Source: Corynebacterium amycolatum (GTDB lineage: Bacteria; Actinomycetota; Actinomycetes; Mycobacteriales; Mycobacteriaceae). From it: a DNA stretch of 32,000 nucleotides. How positions within the stretch are numbered: position 1 is the first letter of the stretch; every line of letters starts with the position of its first letter. Shown here piece by piece: positions 31,359 to 32,000 of this stretch. The translations under genes and the position numbers were made by a program. The DNA lies in NCBI RefSeq assembly GCF_049243625.1, contig NZ_CP046975.1, one strand, 5' to 3'. The notes under the pieces are model-generated. The model did not search any database, was not told the origin of the DNA, and saw only the letters and a program-made list of their open reading frames with translations.

Positions 31359-32000
31359 CTAGCTTTCAACCTTGGCCAGCGCTTGCTCAATATCGGCAAT
31401 AATATCGTCAACGTTTTCCAAACCAATGGACAGTCGAACAAGACCAGGGGTAATTCCCACCGCCGGCAGCTGCTCATCCGGAACCTGGCGGTGCGTGGTG
31501 GAAGCCGGGTGCAGCACGCAGGAACGGGAGTCGGCCACGTGCACCTGACGGGTCACCAGCTGCAGCGCATCCATGAAGGTCGTGCCAGCTTCACGGCCGC
31601 CCTTGAGGTCAATCGTGACCACACCGGAAGCTCCGTCGAGGTACTTCTGAGCAAGCTCGTAGTATGGGGAAGATTTCAGGCCGGGGTAACGAACGTCGTT
31701 AAGCAAATCCGTGCGTGATTCGAGATATTCGGCGACCTTCAGCGCATTCTCACAGTGACGACGCATGCGGACATCGAGACTCTCGAGCGACTGGTTCAGC
31801 ATGAAGGCGGAGTGAGCAGATGGGTACGCGCCAAAGTCGCGCTGTAGCTGCATGCGCGCCTTAATGACAAACGGCGCGACGGCGTAGTCCTTGGTGTAGA
31901 CGACGCCGTGGTAGGACTCATCGGGCTCAGTAAAGCCGGGGAACTTGCCGTTGGTGAAGTCAAACTTGCCAGAGTCGACTATGACGCCGCCGACCTGGAT
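31359..32000 (-). CDS. metY: O-acetylhomoserine sulfhydrylase-type Cys/Met-metabolism PLP enzyme, C-terminal part (5' end beyond the window)
   Basis: The frame is open to base 32000 (hand translation IQVGGVIVDSGKFDFTNGKFPGFTEPDESYHGVVYTKDYAVAPFVIKARMQLQRDFG ...). C-terminal ADSRSCVLHPASTTHRQ ... GLVRLSIGLENVDDIIADIEQAL is typical of MetY/CysD. Confidence 0.85.
   Translation of the reverse strand: MQVGGVIVDSGKFDFTNGKFPGFTEPDESYHGVVYTKDYAVAPFVIKARMQLQRDFGAYPSAHSAFMLNQSLESLDVRMRRHCENALKVAEYLESRTDLLNDVRYPGLKSSPYYELAQKYLDGASGVVTIDLKGGREAGTTFMDALQLVTRQVHVADSRSCVLHPASTTHRQVPDEQLPAVGITPGLVRLSIGLENVDDIIADIEQALAKVES

Overview
This looks like a chromosomal segment from a Corynebacterium-type actinobacterium. 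That is an inference from gene content and order (helD-like, uvrB, coaE, rpsA, polA, metY), the protein sequences, and roughly 57-60% GC in core genes by hand count of sample lines.

Positions 1-26.3 kb are mostly well-supported core genes:
- HelD-like helicase, an AlkZ/YcaQ-like winged-helix protein, a universal stress protein, UvrB and a DUF559 endonuclease-like protein.
- An ABC-2 exporter (ATPase plus permease) followed by a DesK-type histidine kinase and a LuxR/NarL response regulator.
- A Tat/lipobox lipoprotein.
- A visibly AT-richer operon of a membrane-anchored esterase plus MprF-type aminoacyl-phosphatidylglycerol synthase.
- A class I aminotransferase, CoaE, a Xi-class GST-like protein (CPWAHR motif), RpsA, PolA, a TetR regulator and a DUF368 membrane protein.

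At 26387-26460 there is a tRNA whose hand fold is unusual: class I geometry with a CAA anticodon. From there to about 31.3 kb lies a decayed accessory island containing:
- Phased TTCAC repeats and a frameshifted, 5'-truncated IS3 transposase abutting a phage scaffold-like gene stub.
- A tRNA-Ser(CGA)-like remnant whose acceptor stem cannot close, and frameshifted gene debris.
- A tightly coupled pair of a Sec-secreted His/Cys-containing protein and a small acidic protein (candidate exported toxin/immunity pair; inference only).
- An Ltp-family (superinfection-exclusion type) gene split by an in-frame TAG.

The window ends inside metY.

The most notable unexplained structure is a 68-bp palindromic element (20-nt arm, 28-nt loop, 20-nt arm). 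It occurs three times, always intergenic and always in the same orientation. Two copies sit 110-112 bp upstream of minus-strand start codons (uvrB and the GST-like gene).

No CRISPR array, rRNA or intact mobile element was seen. All folds, translations outside the ORF track and GC estimates were done by hand and need computational confirmation.
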